This document shows, one piece after another, positions 37,971 through 51,411 of a DNA stretch of 64,000 nucleotides. Every line of letters begins with the position of its first letter. Position 1 is the stretch's first letter. Origin of the DNA: Octopus sinensis (taxonomy: Eukaryota); assembly GCF_006345805.1 (NCBI RefSeq), contig NC_043003.1, forward strand, positions 59,148,001-59,212,000, written 5' to 3'. The notes under the pieces were generated by a model. The model was given only the letters and a program-made list of their open reading frames with translations, was not told where the DNA came from and searched no databases. The translations under genes and the position numbers were made by a program.

Positions 37971-39399
37971 TAAAGGGAGACATATTCATTAATACAAACA
38001 TATGTAATGTCACCTTAAGACCATAGAAATAAAAATAATATGGATACATTCAAGCATGTATATACAAGGACATTTTAAGATCATAAGCAAATACACGCAG
38101 GTATACAATAAAACGCATTGACGTACAGACGTACGCATTCACACATTAACAGACTCATGACAGACGTACATTCATTAACATATTCACACCCACACATACG
38201 CACACCCACACATATGCACACACATTTACGAATGTTCACTCAAGGTCCTTATCAGTTACCCGAATCATCAAATGAAAGCATATGATATACTTAATGTATT
38301 AATACAAGAAAGGCATAAAAACATACATTCATACTTGCAATATTATTGTGTTACAAAATAATCTTTTAAAATCATTTTTTGAGGACCTCCTGATTAAATA
38401 AAATAAAAAAAGTGGTAAAGTTACCTTCGCGTTTGTACCGACTCACAAAGGCCGATTTCCCTGTTTCCATGGCTTATAAATTTCCCTACTGGACGGGACA
38501 CCGGATTATCCACTTTTTGCAAGGTGGGTCGACTAGAGCAACATGAAATGAAGTGTTTTGCTTAAGAACACACTGCTCCACCCGGTGCAGGAATCGAAAC
38601 AACCATCTTACAATCACGAGACCCAAAGCCTTAACCACTAAACCACGCACTTCCACCAGAATTGGTAGATGGAAGAAAGGATATCATTTTCACACCGTAA
38701 ACATGCAATAGAAAAGCCCAGATGCTTGAATGAGAGTGAACTATACTAAGCTTATCAATTCAATGAAGTGGTACTGTTAAATAAGGCGATATTTTACGTT
38801 AATTGCAAAAGATGAGGAGCGGTTCCTAAGGCGAGCTTCCACACATTATCTACCCAACAGATTTCATTAAGTCTTTGTTTACTTGAGGCCATGCTAGAAG
38901 ACACTTGCTTAACGTGTTTCTCAGGGGCTGCAAATCCAAAGCCACGTAGTTGCGAAACAAACTTCGTATTAACACAAATATATTTATATCTATTCGAAGT
39001 TAAAATGTTATGAGCTTAAAATATAAGGAACCAATGATAGGATTACATAGAAGAAAATTGTCGAAATTCGGCTGTTTTTGAGAATATTTACCTTATCATA
39101 TTAGTCTATGTGGAAATCTGTGGCTTTGTGGTTAGGTCGTTGTACTCATGCTTGTAAGATTGTAGTTTCGATTCCTGGACCGGGCTATGCGTTGCGTTCT
39201 TGAGCAAAACACTTCATTACACATTGCTGCAGTTAACTCAGCATTCAGCTAGTAAAAATGAATAATCCCTTTTTGGATGGGGAGGTATATACGCCACAGA
39301 ATCCGGGAAACCAGCCTAGTGTGCCTATAGTTCAGAAAGGAACCTTTATCCTATTTTAGTACTTTACATCGTTATACAAATCTGCGTCCTATCGATCTA

Positions 39400-39890
39400 C
39401 TAGCAGAAATTTCGATGGTTGATGTTCTCTATTTCTTCACTCTCCACTTCCAAGACATCTCTTTCAGATCCAGTTCACTTTGATCTAAATAAAATACCGT
39501 TTGGTAACTTACATATTTAAGCCCTTCACCCTGCAAGAAACATAGGCCATCAATGACTTTTCCCATCATTCCCGACGTTGGGAAGTTTTTTTTTATTGCT
39601 CTCTCTAGGTTGATCTCTATTTTTAGAGCTCTGCCCCAATATCCTTTCAGATTTTGCTCCACTGCGTCATATGTTTCCCGGAGGGAAGGCCCTACTCACT
39701 CAGGTTTTATTGGTCTTGAATTATCTTCGATGTCCCTGTAACTTTGCTTTCTATTAGGTAGGGGTGTTATCCCTACGCAGACCCTTCTATCCTTTGACTT
39801 GTCCAAAACGAGAGGCCCTTCCAGGAGGTTGCACTCCACAGGTATAGCTCTCGAGGAAGTTAAGGTACACGAATTCCACACCACCACAAA
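39400..39890 (-). mobile_element. Tx1/L1-like LINE ORF2 C-terminal remnant
   Basis: Degenerate frames (GITPLPNRK, VEQNLKGYWGR, RDVLEVESE) in the order expected for the post-RT region; weak similarity judged by eye. Confidence 0.35.
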
Positions 39891-41433
39891 ACCTGAATCT
39901 ATTGTTCAATGGATCATACAAAATATTTAGTTAGCCTGCAGTGAGATCTAATAAACCTGTGTCAGGCTACTAAAGATTACTGAATCAAGTAAACATTGAC
40001 TGACTAGACCTTTGATAAAGGCGAATCAGTCATGAGCACATCAGTTACTAAAGTGGATCAATAGAGATGGCCTGTGGTCAAAAGATGTAAGTGATTCCTA
40101 CAATTAGTGTTTGAAGAGTAATATATCATTAGGTATCTACTTACGCAACAATAATTAATTTAATCTCACTTATGTGGGTTAAAATTATACTAGGGTTCAT
40201 TTTAATTTTCATACCGAGTGTCAATATATTATAGTTAATAGACGTAAAAAGAAGTCGCTTTCTTTGCGTATACAAATATGTGACCTTGAAATAAAGGAAT
40301 AACTATAGTGCATGATAATAAAGGAATAACTATAGTGCATGATAATGCATAAACCCTGAAATTGGGAGTGGGGCAGTCGATTAGATCGACCCCAGAACGC
40401 AACTGGTACTTAATTTATCGTCCCTGAAAGGATGAAAAGCAAAGTCGACATCGGAGGAATTTGATATAGCGCATGATAATAAGTTGTCCCCCCAACCCAT
40501 ACAGGACAGACCTATCTTAATTTCTAAAGTGTCCACTACAGTACTATTAACCTTTCCTATTTTCTAATTGTTGCCATTAGTGTGTCGACTATATAATTGC
40601 TGTGACCAATTAGAAGAAGAAAGAATGCAAATTAAACTTAAGTAGAAGTTTAAAAAATAAAATTCGATATCAATCAGTTCTCTCACATTGAAACCAATAG
40701 AAAACTCACCATTAAATTATATTAATACGTAAACGATTTCTTATACACCATGCGACTGGCAAGAACAAATAGCCAAGAGCACATTTGGTAAAGTCTGCAA
40801 AAAATGGTTTCTTGAAATTATTGAAATTCATAAATTTTCATAAGGCTGAAATCTCGTTAAGTTAACTGCTACGTGTGCTAATTACAAACTACATCTTAAA
40901 AGCTCGGCACGAAAGCAAATGCTAATTTCAGATGATAAAATAGAAATCATATAACGATGTTGGTGCTAATGCTTCAGGGTGGCACTCATGCATATTTTTT
41001 TAATTATTTCAAACTAGAACTTAGGAAGCTAGTGTAACTAAGGAGGTAAGGGGCTCGAGTTATTGCGGTGCTTTCGCTCTGGCTTGCAATTAAGAGCAAG
41101 GTATACGTTTCGATCTCATAAAAATTTTAAATATTTGTGAACGTAAAACAAATAGTAAAAAACAAAATATAAACAATGAGCTTCCCCTCCATGGATCAGT
41201 TTAATAGTTTGCTGTGAGGTTAAAATATTTTAAAAGAAATCACACGCATGTAATATTCTCTAATTGTGTGATGAGGTAGAAGTATGTTATGGTTTCAAGG
41301 TATCGGATTAGTTCAGCAAAATTTTACGCCCAAGATTTAAAGCTATGTTGTAGATTCCATCCATCTGAATTACGGTACACTGCATAACCATTAACATGTT
41401 TATAATAATAATAATAATGATAATAATAATAAT

Positions 41434-41492
<59 letters not shown>

Positions 41493-41689
41493 TAATAACA
41501 TTGTTGTTGTCGAGTTTTCAAGCGAAAGTCGTCAAGCAGGAGCTCGTAAGTTGGCATCGAATTTTGTTGTTTTGAACAAGGTTGTTTTCATTTTTAGTGT
41601 ACCATTTTGTTATTAAACTCAATAGAATCATATGAGGCTACTTGGCTGTGTGAAATCTTTGTTCCTTCGGGGTGAATTTTGAAATTTTA

Positions 41690-43130
41690 AGACGCGAATG
41701 CACATAGTTAAAAGTATTACAATATGGCTTCTGAAATAGATAAACAATGTGATTTTTTGAAGAGCGATAATGAAAATAGTTTCCCATCACTACCTGCTAC
41801 TGTTAACAGAGAAAGTATGAATAACACTAGCAGGGAAACCACCAACAAAGACAAATCCCAAAATGAAAAGAATTATTAAAGTAAAACTGCTACCATACAT
41901 TGTTACGAATACTATTACGAATTACGAATTGTTACCATACACTGGTTACGAATACTAGCAACAAGAAGAATAACAATAACAGTGATAAAGACTAAGAAAA
42001 TATTTGAAAGAAACACGGACCTCCACCATCGCTACAACCACCAGCATAAACTTTGCTGCTATGAAAATGGAAAGTCAGTAAACACTAAGGCTTGCAAAGT
42101 GAAACAAAACTTGCCCAAGTGCGTGCAGAAAGGTAGAAGTTTTGCTAGAAGTTTCCAATGGAAAACGAAGTAAAACAATAATATATAAATATATTGGATC
42201 GAAGATGAGGTGATTCGATCAAATGAAGAAGGTTCAAATTGTCAAGTACCTTACAGAAATCTGGGGCACAAAGTCTTAGGAGGAAGACGTTTTGGTACAG
42301 TTGAGGGGAGATTTCAAACCGAAGAAACATTCGATACCACTAAAGAGGAGATAACTGCTTCTAATTCCAACATACCTCGGTCAGAGATTGGGTAGATATA
42401 AAATGGTTGAATACCACCAGAAGAAGATATTCCCTGGCTTGAGCCGGTCGAAACATATAGCATAGAAAATAAAACAAATAGTTTGCAAGTTCACGGAATG
42501 GGAAAGGAAAACTGGCCCGGTACAGCGATGGAGTTATTAATCCAGCCAGTCTAAAACATGGAGTCTGACCCTAAGTTAATCAGCCTTTTACATGGACAGT
42601 AGCTTTGCATAGAAGTTGAGGGCAGAAGGCTGAGATGTCATATAAGTGGGGACGCGAACCATATAAAAAATTTCTGAGAACTGCAAAAAATTAGTCGGAA
42701 GACCCTACTACGTTACCGATGCCTTCAAAACAATAGTAACATCAGCAACAAGAGTAGCAGCAGCCTCAACAACAGCAGTACCAACTACAACCCAAAGAGA
42801 TCCATGCATACCAGTCAACCACTACAAAATGTTACTAATACCAACACAAGAAACATCAATAGTACAAACACCAGCAGTATTAGAAACGAACGAAAACACA
42901 ATTCAATCCACACCAACAACATAATCAGCACTCCAGAACAAACGAACGAAAAGTATCATATACAAATTACAAAGACTAAGTGAAAGATATACATCAACAC
43001 ACAAACATTATCTGTAATGACCACATGACAATACTACCTAGAAATCCAACTAATATTAAATCATAAAAATAAGGGAAGAAACATATTAAACAGACTAAAA
43101 ATAAAATGTCCCGAATGGGAGATTTCCGAG
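41690..43130 (+). mobile_element. Tx1/L1-like LINE ORF1 remnant with gag-type zinc knuckle
   Basis: Near 42620-42680 it reads IEVEGRRLRCHISGDANHIKNF* (a decayed CX2CX4HX4C), followed by a T/Q/P-rich low-complexity segment. Confidence 0.55.
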
Positions 43131-43149
43131 TTTAATAAAAAAAAAAATT

Positions 43150-43930
43150 ATAAAGAGCTGCTTATAGAATCATCTTCCAATAACCGAAAGAACAGGACAT
43201 ATGTTCCTCCACCGAAATCAGGTAAATAGTCATTCTCATTTGACAAACATGTCAGCACATAGGAACGTAAATGCATGTGGCCAGGTGTCACTTTGGAAGC
43301 AGAGTTATCTGTCCAACGACTCATGTCACTAAATATTGCTGTAGTGCCCATCATTGAAACGAGAGTTTCCGATCCATTAGACTTCATTCTCATTTTTATT
43401 GGATACGAGGATCCAAGATGATCTCGTTTGAAAGACAGCAGCTGTTGAGTTGCTTCGGAAGGGTCTGAATCCACGAAACAGACAATCTTCAGGAAATCAG
43501 AAGGCTCTAAGAAAGTAAGTCGGTGTTCCAGGCTGGGAGGAGTAGCGAAGGTAGGTGTTATCAGCCTAGTACTTACTTATCCTCTGACAGGAGCGGGACA
43601 GCTGAATTTCTTCAGGAATTTGAAGGTTTTACAAGCAGCATCCCACTTTAAGGTGCTAGAGAGCGGCTGAATAACCACCTTGTATGCGCGCTTGTGTTGT
43701 GTGGAGATAGCTAAGAGGACGAAGGTACAAGGGCGTCGTAATACTGCTCAGATCTTTCCAACTATCTGACAGGTACCTATATTTCCCAGATGTGTCGATA
43801 TCAACATGGAGAAACTGCATCGCATCACACAGTTCGTATCTACATAGAGCATTTTGTAGGCTACTTGATAAGAATAGCATAGACAGTCCACAGGCAGCCT
43901 CGACATTTATTATCCAAAAGACATCTTCAA
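43150..43930 (-). mobile_element. Tx1/L1-like APE endonuclease remnant in the opposite orientation to the adjacent ORF1
   Basis: The minus strand begins with a decayed G.INV.G-type motif near 43900, then SDPSE and RSYVLTC (compare SDP.GR and RSYLDR). Confidence 0.45.
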
Positions 43931-44087
43931 CCCATTATTTATATGCTATTGTTTAGCGCTCTATGTGTGTGCTTCGAGATATTTAAAAAAAGAATTAGTT
44001 CGCGTTCTCTCAAAACTTTATCAAATTATTACGACGCCAACAATACATACATGCATACATACATACATACATACATACATACATACA

Positions 44088-44123
<36 letters not shown>

Positions 44124-44894
44124 TATGTGTGTGTCTGTGTGTGTACGTTAGTGTATTTGTTTACATTTATAAAATGAACATACGTACACGCACGGCTCTC
44201 GTAAACATAAAAATTTAAATCTACTAAAGATATGTGTGTACTTATGCTGGTTACACGCACACATACACACACATACATATATATTTGTGGATAGATATAT
44301 AGAATATTTTGTATCGCTACTAAATATTATCCCAGTGGAAATGTTGCTTGTGTAATAATATTGTATTCCACATATGTGTGTGCCTGATGTGAGTGTGTGC
44401 GCGTGTGTATGTGTGTATGTGTATAAGTGAGTTATGTGTATGTAAGTGAGTGTATACGTGTGTGTGTAAGAGAGTGTATGTAAGTGAGTCTCTGCTTATA
44501 TATGTGTTTGAATTTATGTATACATGTTTCTTTTTTCTCTGGCATCTGATGAATTTCTTTCGTTTATGTGTTAGTAATAAACGCGTATCATATTTGTTGC
44601 TTGGTTTGACAAACGAATGCATATAGTTATTAGTTGCTACGACTTTGTTTTCTTGATTTCCCGTGACAATGCTACTGTGAGGATGAGATAAATGAGAAGC
44701 ACATTAACGAAACAGATAACGTCTAACGCAACTGGCTACTGGAATATCTTCATTATATATTAATAAGCTCGAAGAACATTAAACATAATAATAACCACGG
44801 CGACGGCAACAACAGCAGCAACAACAATAACAACAACAATAAACACCAATAACGATAAGAATAACAATAATAATCGTAATAATAATAAAAGTAG

Positions 44895-45320
44895 TAGTGG
44901 CTTCAAAAGGACGAAAAAGTGGTATGGAAACGAACCAGAGGCTGTGAAAGAAAATGTGAATTACAAGATCTTGTGGGACTTCCCCATAAACACTGACCCA
45001 TACTGTTGAAGCAAGAACACCAGATATGACAAAGAAACAGTATAAGATCATAGATTTTGGAATGTCCTATGATAAGCAGAGTCGAAAGACAAATTGAAAA
45101 AAAAAATCAGAAATATCAGGAACTGGCTGAAGAAACTGTTGAAGACCAAGATAACAGAGTTTTTTTCTGTAATAATTGGTGCACATGGTACAACAGCTAA
45201 AATGCTATCTAAAATAATGAAAGAAACTGGAATTGAGAAACTCTCATTGTCGACCTTCAGAAAAGTACCCTGCTGTGTTCTGTAAGAACCCTAAGAAAGA
45301 TTCTTGAGATTTAAGGAGAG
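44895..45320 (+). mobile_element. R4/Dong-type restriction-like endonuclease 3' remnant
   Basis: KWY..EP...ENVNYKILWDFPINTD...ARTPD...IIDFG...KYQEL...VIIGAHG; lies between AAT-rich arrays. Confidence 0.7.
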
Positions 45321-45415
45321 TCGTTGTCATCAAACCTCAAGATAATATATCTGCTAATTAAATTAGTATGCACTAACGAGAGCAGACGAAATATCGCTAA
45401 GCATTTCTACCGGCG

Positions 45416-45471
<56 letters not shown>

Positions 45472-45534
45472 GTAATAATAATAATAATTTTCATTTCTTA
45501 AGAAATGAACAACAAAACAAAAAGTAAAAGCACG

Positions 45535-46290
45535 GAAGCTAAAATTTACGGTCAGTTTGCAGGAAATGTAAACGCCAATACAGATACAGAGGCGCGGTGG
45601 CTATGGATGAGGAGGAATGAAGATAAAGACAGAAGCACTCATATGCGTAGCTGAGGAACAAGCATTAAGGGCCAATTATATGAAACGCAGAATTGACAAC
45701 ACTACTGAGAGTGATAAATGCAGATGCGTGCCGAAAGGGGTGAAACGGCATGGCAGATCGTTAGCAAATGCTCGAAATTGGCACTATACGAACAGAAACG
45801 ACGCCATGACAATGCGGCAAGAATGATCCATTGGGAGTTCTGTGGGAAATCATGGCCTACAAAGAGCAAAACGTGGTATGAGAAAACTTCACAAGGAATC
45901 ACCAAATTGAGGACTGCAAAATCCTGTGGGAGGTAATGATCCAGTGCGATCACCCAACCAGACATAGAAAACTGGACATTGTTGTGGTGAACAGAAAAGA
46001 AAGAACATGTATGATAATCGACATAGCATGTTCCAGTGACAACAGGTTCAATGTGAAAGAAGAAACAAACAACTATGGCGATTTAAAGTGGGATATATAA
46101 AGGTTGTGGTCAATGAAGAGAGTAGACGTGGTAGCAATAGTAATTGGTGCGCTTGGAATCATCAACACTCAACTACCAACATGGCTAAAAAAACATCAGT
46201 GCAAGTCTAAAGGTAGAGCACCTACAAAAATCAGCATTGCTTGGAACTGCAAGCATTCTTCGCAGGAAGCTTGAAGCATGGCCAGTAAAC
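45535..46290 (+). mobile_element. R4/Dong-clade 3' remnant (CCHC knuckle plus restriction-like endonuclease)
   Basis: KTEALICVAEEQALRANY...DKCRC/..GETAWQIVSKCSKLA..EQKRRHDNAARMIHW...KILWE..IQCDH..RHRKLDIVVV..KERTCMIIDIA. Confidence 0.88.
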
Positions 46291-46814
46291 AAGTGTCCCC
46301 TTAGTCTGCCTGACATACAAGTCATGATAAAAGTGACAAGTTAATAAATTAATTTTTCGCTTAGCCCATAATCACCTCTGATCGAGAAGGTATATTTTCA
46401 GCTATGAAAATCTAATCTCTAAGTTCATTATATAATGTGTTCTTTACTTTCTAAAAGCAGCAGCTTGTGGCATGAGTGTGGTTTAGATTCTATTTGTAGC
46501 TGACTGAATGATCTCTTAGTAACTCCTATGTCTTGTCTACAACACATGATTATTCAATTAAGCTTTACAGGTAATGAATAAAAAAAAATCTTCGTAATGC
46601 AACTTATTACCTTAAAAAAGATTACTGCTTATATCAATATATTCCTAGTTTTTTTTAAAAATCATGATACATTTCATTCAAAATAATCCTCACCATTTTA
46701 AATATTTTAAATATTTTAGAGGTATGTCTTCTAAAGTAATGTCTCATTGAAATGGATAGTAACATTCAATAGAGCTTTCTCTTACTAAGCTCTTTCTGTC
46801 TTATTTTTATATCT

Positions 46815-47046
46815 CTCTTTTCTTTTACTTGTTTCAGTCATTTGACTGCGGCCATGCTGGAGCACCGCCTTTAGTCGAGCAAATCGACCCCGGGACTTAT
46901 TCTTTGTAAGCCCAGTACTTATTCTATCGGTCTTTTTTGCCGAACCGCTAAGTGACGGGGACGTAAACACACCAGCATCGGTTGTTAAGCAATGCTAGGG
47001 GGACAAACACAGACACACAAACACACACACACATACATACATATAT

Positions 47047-47117
<71 letters not shown>

Positions 47118-47285
47118 TACGACAGGCTTCTTTCAGTTTCCGTCTACCAAATCCACTCACAAGGCATTGGTCGGTCCGGGGCTATAGCAGAAGACACTTG
47201 CCCAAGATGCCACGCAGTGGGACTGAACCCGGAACCATGTGGTTGGTTAGCAAGCTACTTACCACACAGCCACTCCTGCGCCTAT
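46815..47285 (-). mobile_element. SINE family A, full length
   Basis: Close reverse complement of 36848-37254. Confidence 0.92.
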
Positions 47286-47669
47286 GTACGTAAACCCTCT
47301 TCCCTAACTCCATAAAATAAGATTATTCCAATGAAAAAGTATTCAAGTTTTACCAAAATTACATCGTTTAGCCTTTAAGTATTTTCAAAAGATTTCCTAC
47401 AATTACAGTAATAATGGTACTGTAGTTCTCTCTCCCCCATTTTCTCTCCCCACTCATCCATACGTCTGTGTGAGTGCATATATATATATAATAATAAATA
47501 TTAGGGAATAAAACCAAATTTACAGGGATTAAAATCAGATTTAGGATTAAATCCAATTTTATAGTAAAATATTAAATAATATTAATTAGAGACAAAACCA
47601 CTATTTTGCAAAACAAACAAGGAAAGACTTAATCAATACATAAGATTTTAATAAAAAGTCAAAAAACCG

Positions 47670-47712
47670 CCACTACAATTGTTTCTTGTCCTGATCGACA
47701 ATCTTCAGGTGG
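47670..47712 (-). ncRNA. Minimal type I hammerhead ribozyme (mirror copy)
   Basis: Exact reverse complement of 47770-47812. Confidence 0.75.
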
Positions 47713-47769
47713 ACTTCCAATTTTCAAGTCAGTTTCAAATAATTTGAAACTGACTTGAAAATTGGAAGT

Positions 47770-47812
47770 CCACCTGAAGATTGTCGATCAGGACAAGAAA
47801 CAATTGTAGTGG
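47770..47812 (+). ncRNA. Minimal type I hammerhead ribozyme
   Basis: CCAC-CUGAAGA-UUGUC gaucag GACAA-GAAA-C AAUU G-UA-GUGG: 4 bp stem I, 5 bp stem II, short stem III with palindromic tetraloop. Predicted cleavage after A47808 (GUA). Confidence 0.75.
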
Positions 47813-47897
47813 CGGTTTTTTTGACTTTTTATTAAAATCTTATGTATTGATTAAGTCTTTCCTTGTTTGTTTTGCAAAATAGTGGTTTTGTCTCTAA

Positions 47898-47981
<84 letters not shown>

Positions 47982-48068
47982 GGTATCCTTTACTTATTGA
48001 CGATTTAAGTCGATTTTCGGCATATTTGGCATTAGAATTGTTTTCGAAAAGCTTTATCCTATATTATA

Positions 48069-48219
<151 letters not shown>

Positions 48220-48917
48220 ACTCTTTTGTTTCAGTCATTTGACTGTGGCCATGCTGGACCACCGCCTTTAGTCGAGCAAATCGACTCCACGGCTTATTCT
48301 TTGTAAGCCTAGTATTTATTCTATCGGCCTCTTTTGCCGAACCGCTATATGTATACACATATATACACACATACATATATATATGTATGTACGTATTTAT
48401 GTTTGTATATATAGCATTTGTAAGTATATGTTTGTCTTTGTAAGTGTAAACGTGCATGTTGTACCTTATGTGCGTATATTTCTGAATATGTACGTGTGTA
48501 GCATGCTCAAGAATTAATCACAAAACCTAGGTCGTGTTGTTACACACCAGATGGAGACCTATTTTCAGCTGTCGTAAATTACCTGATGAGACTGCACACT
48601 ATTTTAAAGTAACGTTTCTTATTATGTGGAGAGTCCTTAACTTACCAAGTACCCTCCTGAAGCAGCTAAAGCAAACAAAGGCACTAGTTTTGAAGATACA
48701 ATGAAAAAGACCTTTTTGTTAGAAAATTCACACCACCTGTTTTAGTCTTTGTGTACATCTTCTGTTCTATTAGTGGCGTTAATTCGTTTGTAATCCCTGT
48801 ACATCGTTTCATAAACCAAGATCATTTCTATCTTCCAAGCAGAGATGGTCCAAATTTTACTATACGTCATTCTTAGACTATCCTTATGACATATATTGAC
48901 AAGATATAATCCTAAAT

Positions 48918-49235
48918 GGAGGCGTAATGGCCCAGTGGTTAGCGCAGCACACTCGCGGTCGGAGGATCGCGGTTTCGATTCTCAAATTGGGTGTTGTGTG
49001 TGTTTATTGAGCAAAAACACCTAAAAGCTCCACGAGGCTCCGGCAGGGGATCGTGGTGACCTCTGTTGTACTCTTTCACCCCAATTTTCTCTCACTCTCT
49101 CTTCCTGTTTCTTGAGTAACGCTGCGATGGACTGGCGTCCCGTCCAGCTGTGGGGAACACTTACGCCACAGAAACCTGGAAACCGGGCCCATGAGCCTGG
49201 CTAGGCTTGAAAAGGGTGCATAAATAAATAAAACA
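48918..49235 (+). mobile_element. tRNA-headed SINE with a V-domain-like core
   Basis: A-box TGGCCCAGTGG (48928-48938), B-box-like ggtttcgattc, core ctgcgatggactggcgtcccgtccag. Confidence 0.75.
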
Positions 49236-49747
49236 AATAGTTTTGTGTAATCTTTGAAAAATAATATAGAGGCTTAAAATTATTTTAATAAAATATACTG
49301 TTTATCCAGCTTCACTAAAATGGTTTATGTAAATGCATATTTAATATCCATAACAAACTAATATGATTAAGATATATTAATAGTAAACGTGTTGTATTTC
49401 AAATACCTAATATGTGCCTATAAGCGATAAAAACGGATTACTTTCAGTAAATTTACCTTCATTGCAGTTATACTTTTATACGTGAAGCGTAAAACAATAT
49501 TGGCTTGGAATATATCGTGTACAGTCATTCTAAACTCACTTGAAAATATTAATGCATTTGTATGAGACTTAAATAAGAATGTTGATGTGACACTAAAAAG
49601 TACTTGGATGTTTGTATACATAGCATTTGTAAGTGTATGTGTGTGTGTGCATGTAGACCAGTAACTGAGACCAGTTAAAGCACATATTCATATATTCATA
49701 TATACATACATACATGCATGCATGTATACATACGTACATACATACAT

Positions 49748-49938
49748 GGCGTGGCTGCGTGGCTAGAAGCTTGCTTCCAAAGCACATGGTTCCGGTTTCA
49801 ATCCTATTGCGTGACACCTTGAGCATGTGATATATAATCTAGCCCCGATCCGACCAAAGCCTTGTAAGTGGATTTGGAAGATGGAAACTGAAAGAAGCCA
49901 GTCATGTATACACACACACATATATATATGTATGTATG

Positions 49939-49988
<50 letters not shown>

Positions 49989-50220
49989 TGTGTGTGTATG
50001 TGCGTGTGCGTGTGTGTGCGTATGCGTTTGTTACCCCCACCATCAATTGACAACCGATGGTGGTGCATTTACGACCCCGTAATATAGCGGTTCGGCAAAA
50101 GAGCCCGATAGAATTAGAACTAGACTTACAAAAATGTCCTTGGGTCGATTTCTTCGACTAAAGTCGGTGCTCCAGCATGACTGCGGCCAAAATGACTAAA
50201 ACAAGTAAAATAATAAAAGA
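49748..50220 (+). mobile_element. SINE family A
   Basis: Head ggcgtggctgcgtggct...ggtttcaatcc, with the family A body and tail. Confidence 0.85.
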
Positions 50221-50745
50221 ATACATACATACATGCATATATACATACATACATACATAGTCACACACACGCATTCACACACATATATGGATGAAGTAAG
50301 ACCAGCAATGAATTTAACACAATCTGCATGTAAATGACATCATAGGAAAAATTACGCAGTATGTGTAGTCGAATAGGATGGGTGGAACGTCATCGGACTA
50401 GCATTAAGCGGTGCCTCTTGCTTTGGGTGAAGATCATTTGGAGTTGATTGTAATAGGAGGAAACCGAACATTGAGTACAATAAAAAGGATAATAATTCTT
50501 TCACAATGTCTGAAATTCTGTGGGATTTTGCCAGCTCAACACCTAAATAATAATAATAATAGTAATAGTAATAGTAATAGTAATAATAATAATAATAGTA
50601 ATAGTAATAGTAATAGTAATAATAGTAATAGTAATAGTAATAATAGTAATAGTAATAGTAATAGTGATGATGGTGATGATGGTGATGATGGTGATGATGG
50701 TGATGATGGTGATGATGGTGATGATGATGATGATGATGATGATAT

Positions 50746-51301
50746 ATGCCCCGATGCAGTACCAGGCAGTGGCTCTCGTGGCTTCTGATCTTAATTGATT
50801 GGACGTGTTATCATGTACATTATTTTCTCTTGGCATAAAAGATGGGCTACAGCAAATATTCTGCTCAATACCACAGATTTGTTTGTCAGTTGCTTGACCT
50901 TAACTAGTTGAGCATGTCCTTTAGTGGCTGACGATATGTGCGTCTCTGATCACGAGCAGAAGTAGTGGGGGAGCATCATAGCCATGTGTTGAGAAGGATT
51001 ATTTGGGGTTTGAATAATTCACCTCTGGAAACATGGGTGTTTCGTTCAACGTCCTTAAACAACCCTTATTCAGGGACCTTTTGAGCGGGATGGGTTACTC
51101 GACCACAAGAAAATTCTAACTGGTCTCCATCTGCAAGGTCATGTCCTGTTTACCTTGAAATGAGATCGCCATGTCGCGCACACATGGTTGTGATGCATGT
51201 GCCTAGTGTACCCTTAACAGACGGGTAGTCATGATGGGTATACTGGGCTTCGTATATTTTACCCCAGTGTTGCTTTAATGACATGCACTGCTCTCTCACT
51301 A
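50746..51301. mobile_element. Non-coding repeat family E, longer copy, embedded in (AAT/AGT/GAT)n and (ATT/AAT)n
   Basis: Matches 27497-27834 with an additional internal segment; no ORF. Confidence 0.8.
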
Positions 51302-51303
51302 AA

Positions 51304-51411
<108 letters not shown>

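Larger units (their letters stand above)
47497..47906. mobile_element. Palindrome 47577-47906 (about 164 bp arms, 1 nt spacer at 47741), interpreted as inverted Penelope-type pseudo-LTRs; the left arm continues unpaired to about 47497
   Basis: The arms are exact reverse complements except A6 versus T7 in one homopolymer; flanked by (TA)n; each arm holds a hammerhead. Confidence 0.88.

Noticed and set aside
40290-40480. 29 bp tandem duplicate, and a TATAG.GCATGATAAT repeat flanking a SINE B fragment
   Set aside because: Explained as a target-site duplication plus local slippage; ordinary.
50750-50775. Short resemblance to the U2 snRNA 3' region (cctggtactgca on the minus strand)
   Set aside because: Only about 12 nt of similarity, and the rest of U2 is absent.
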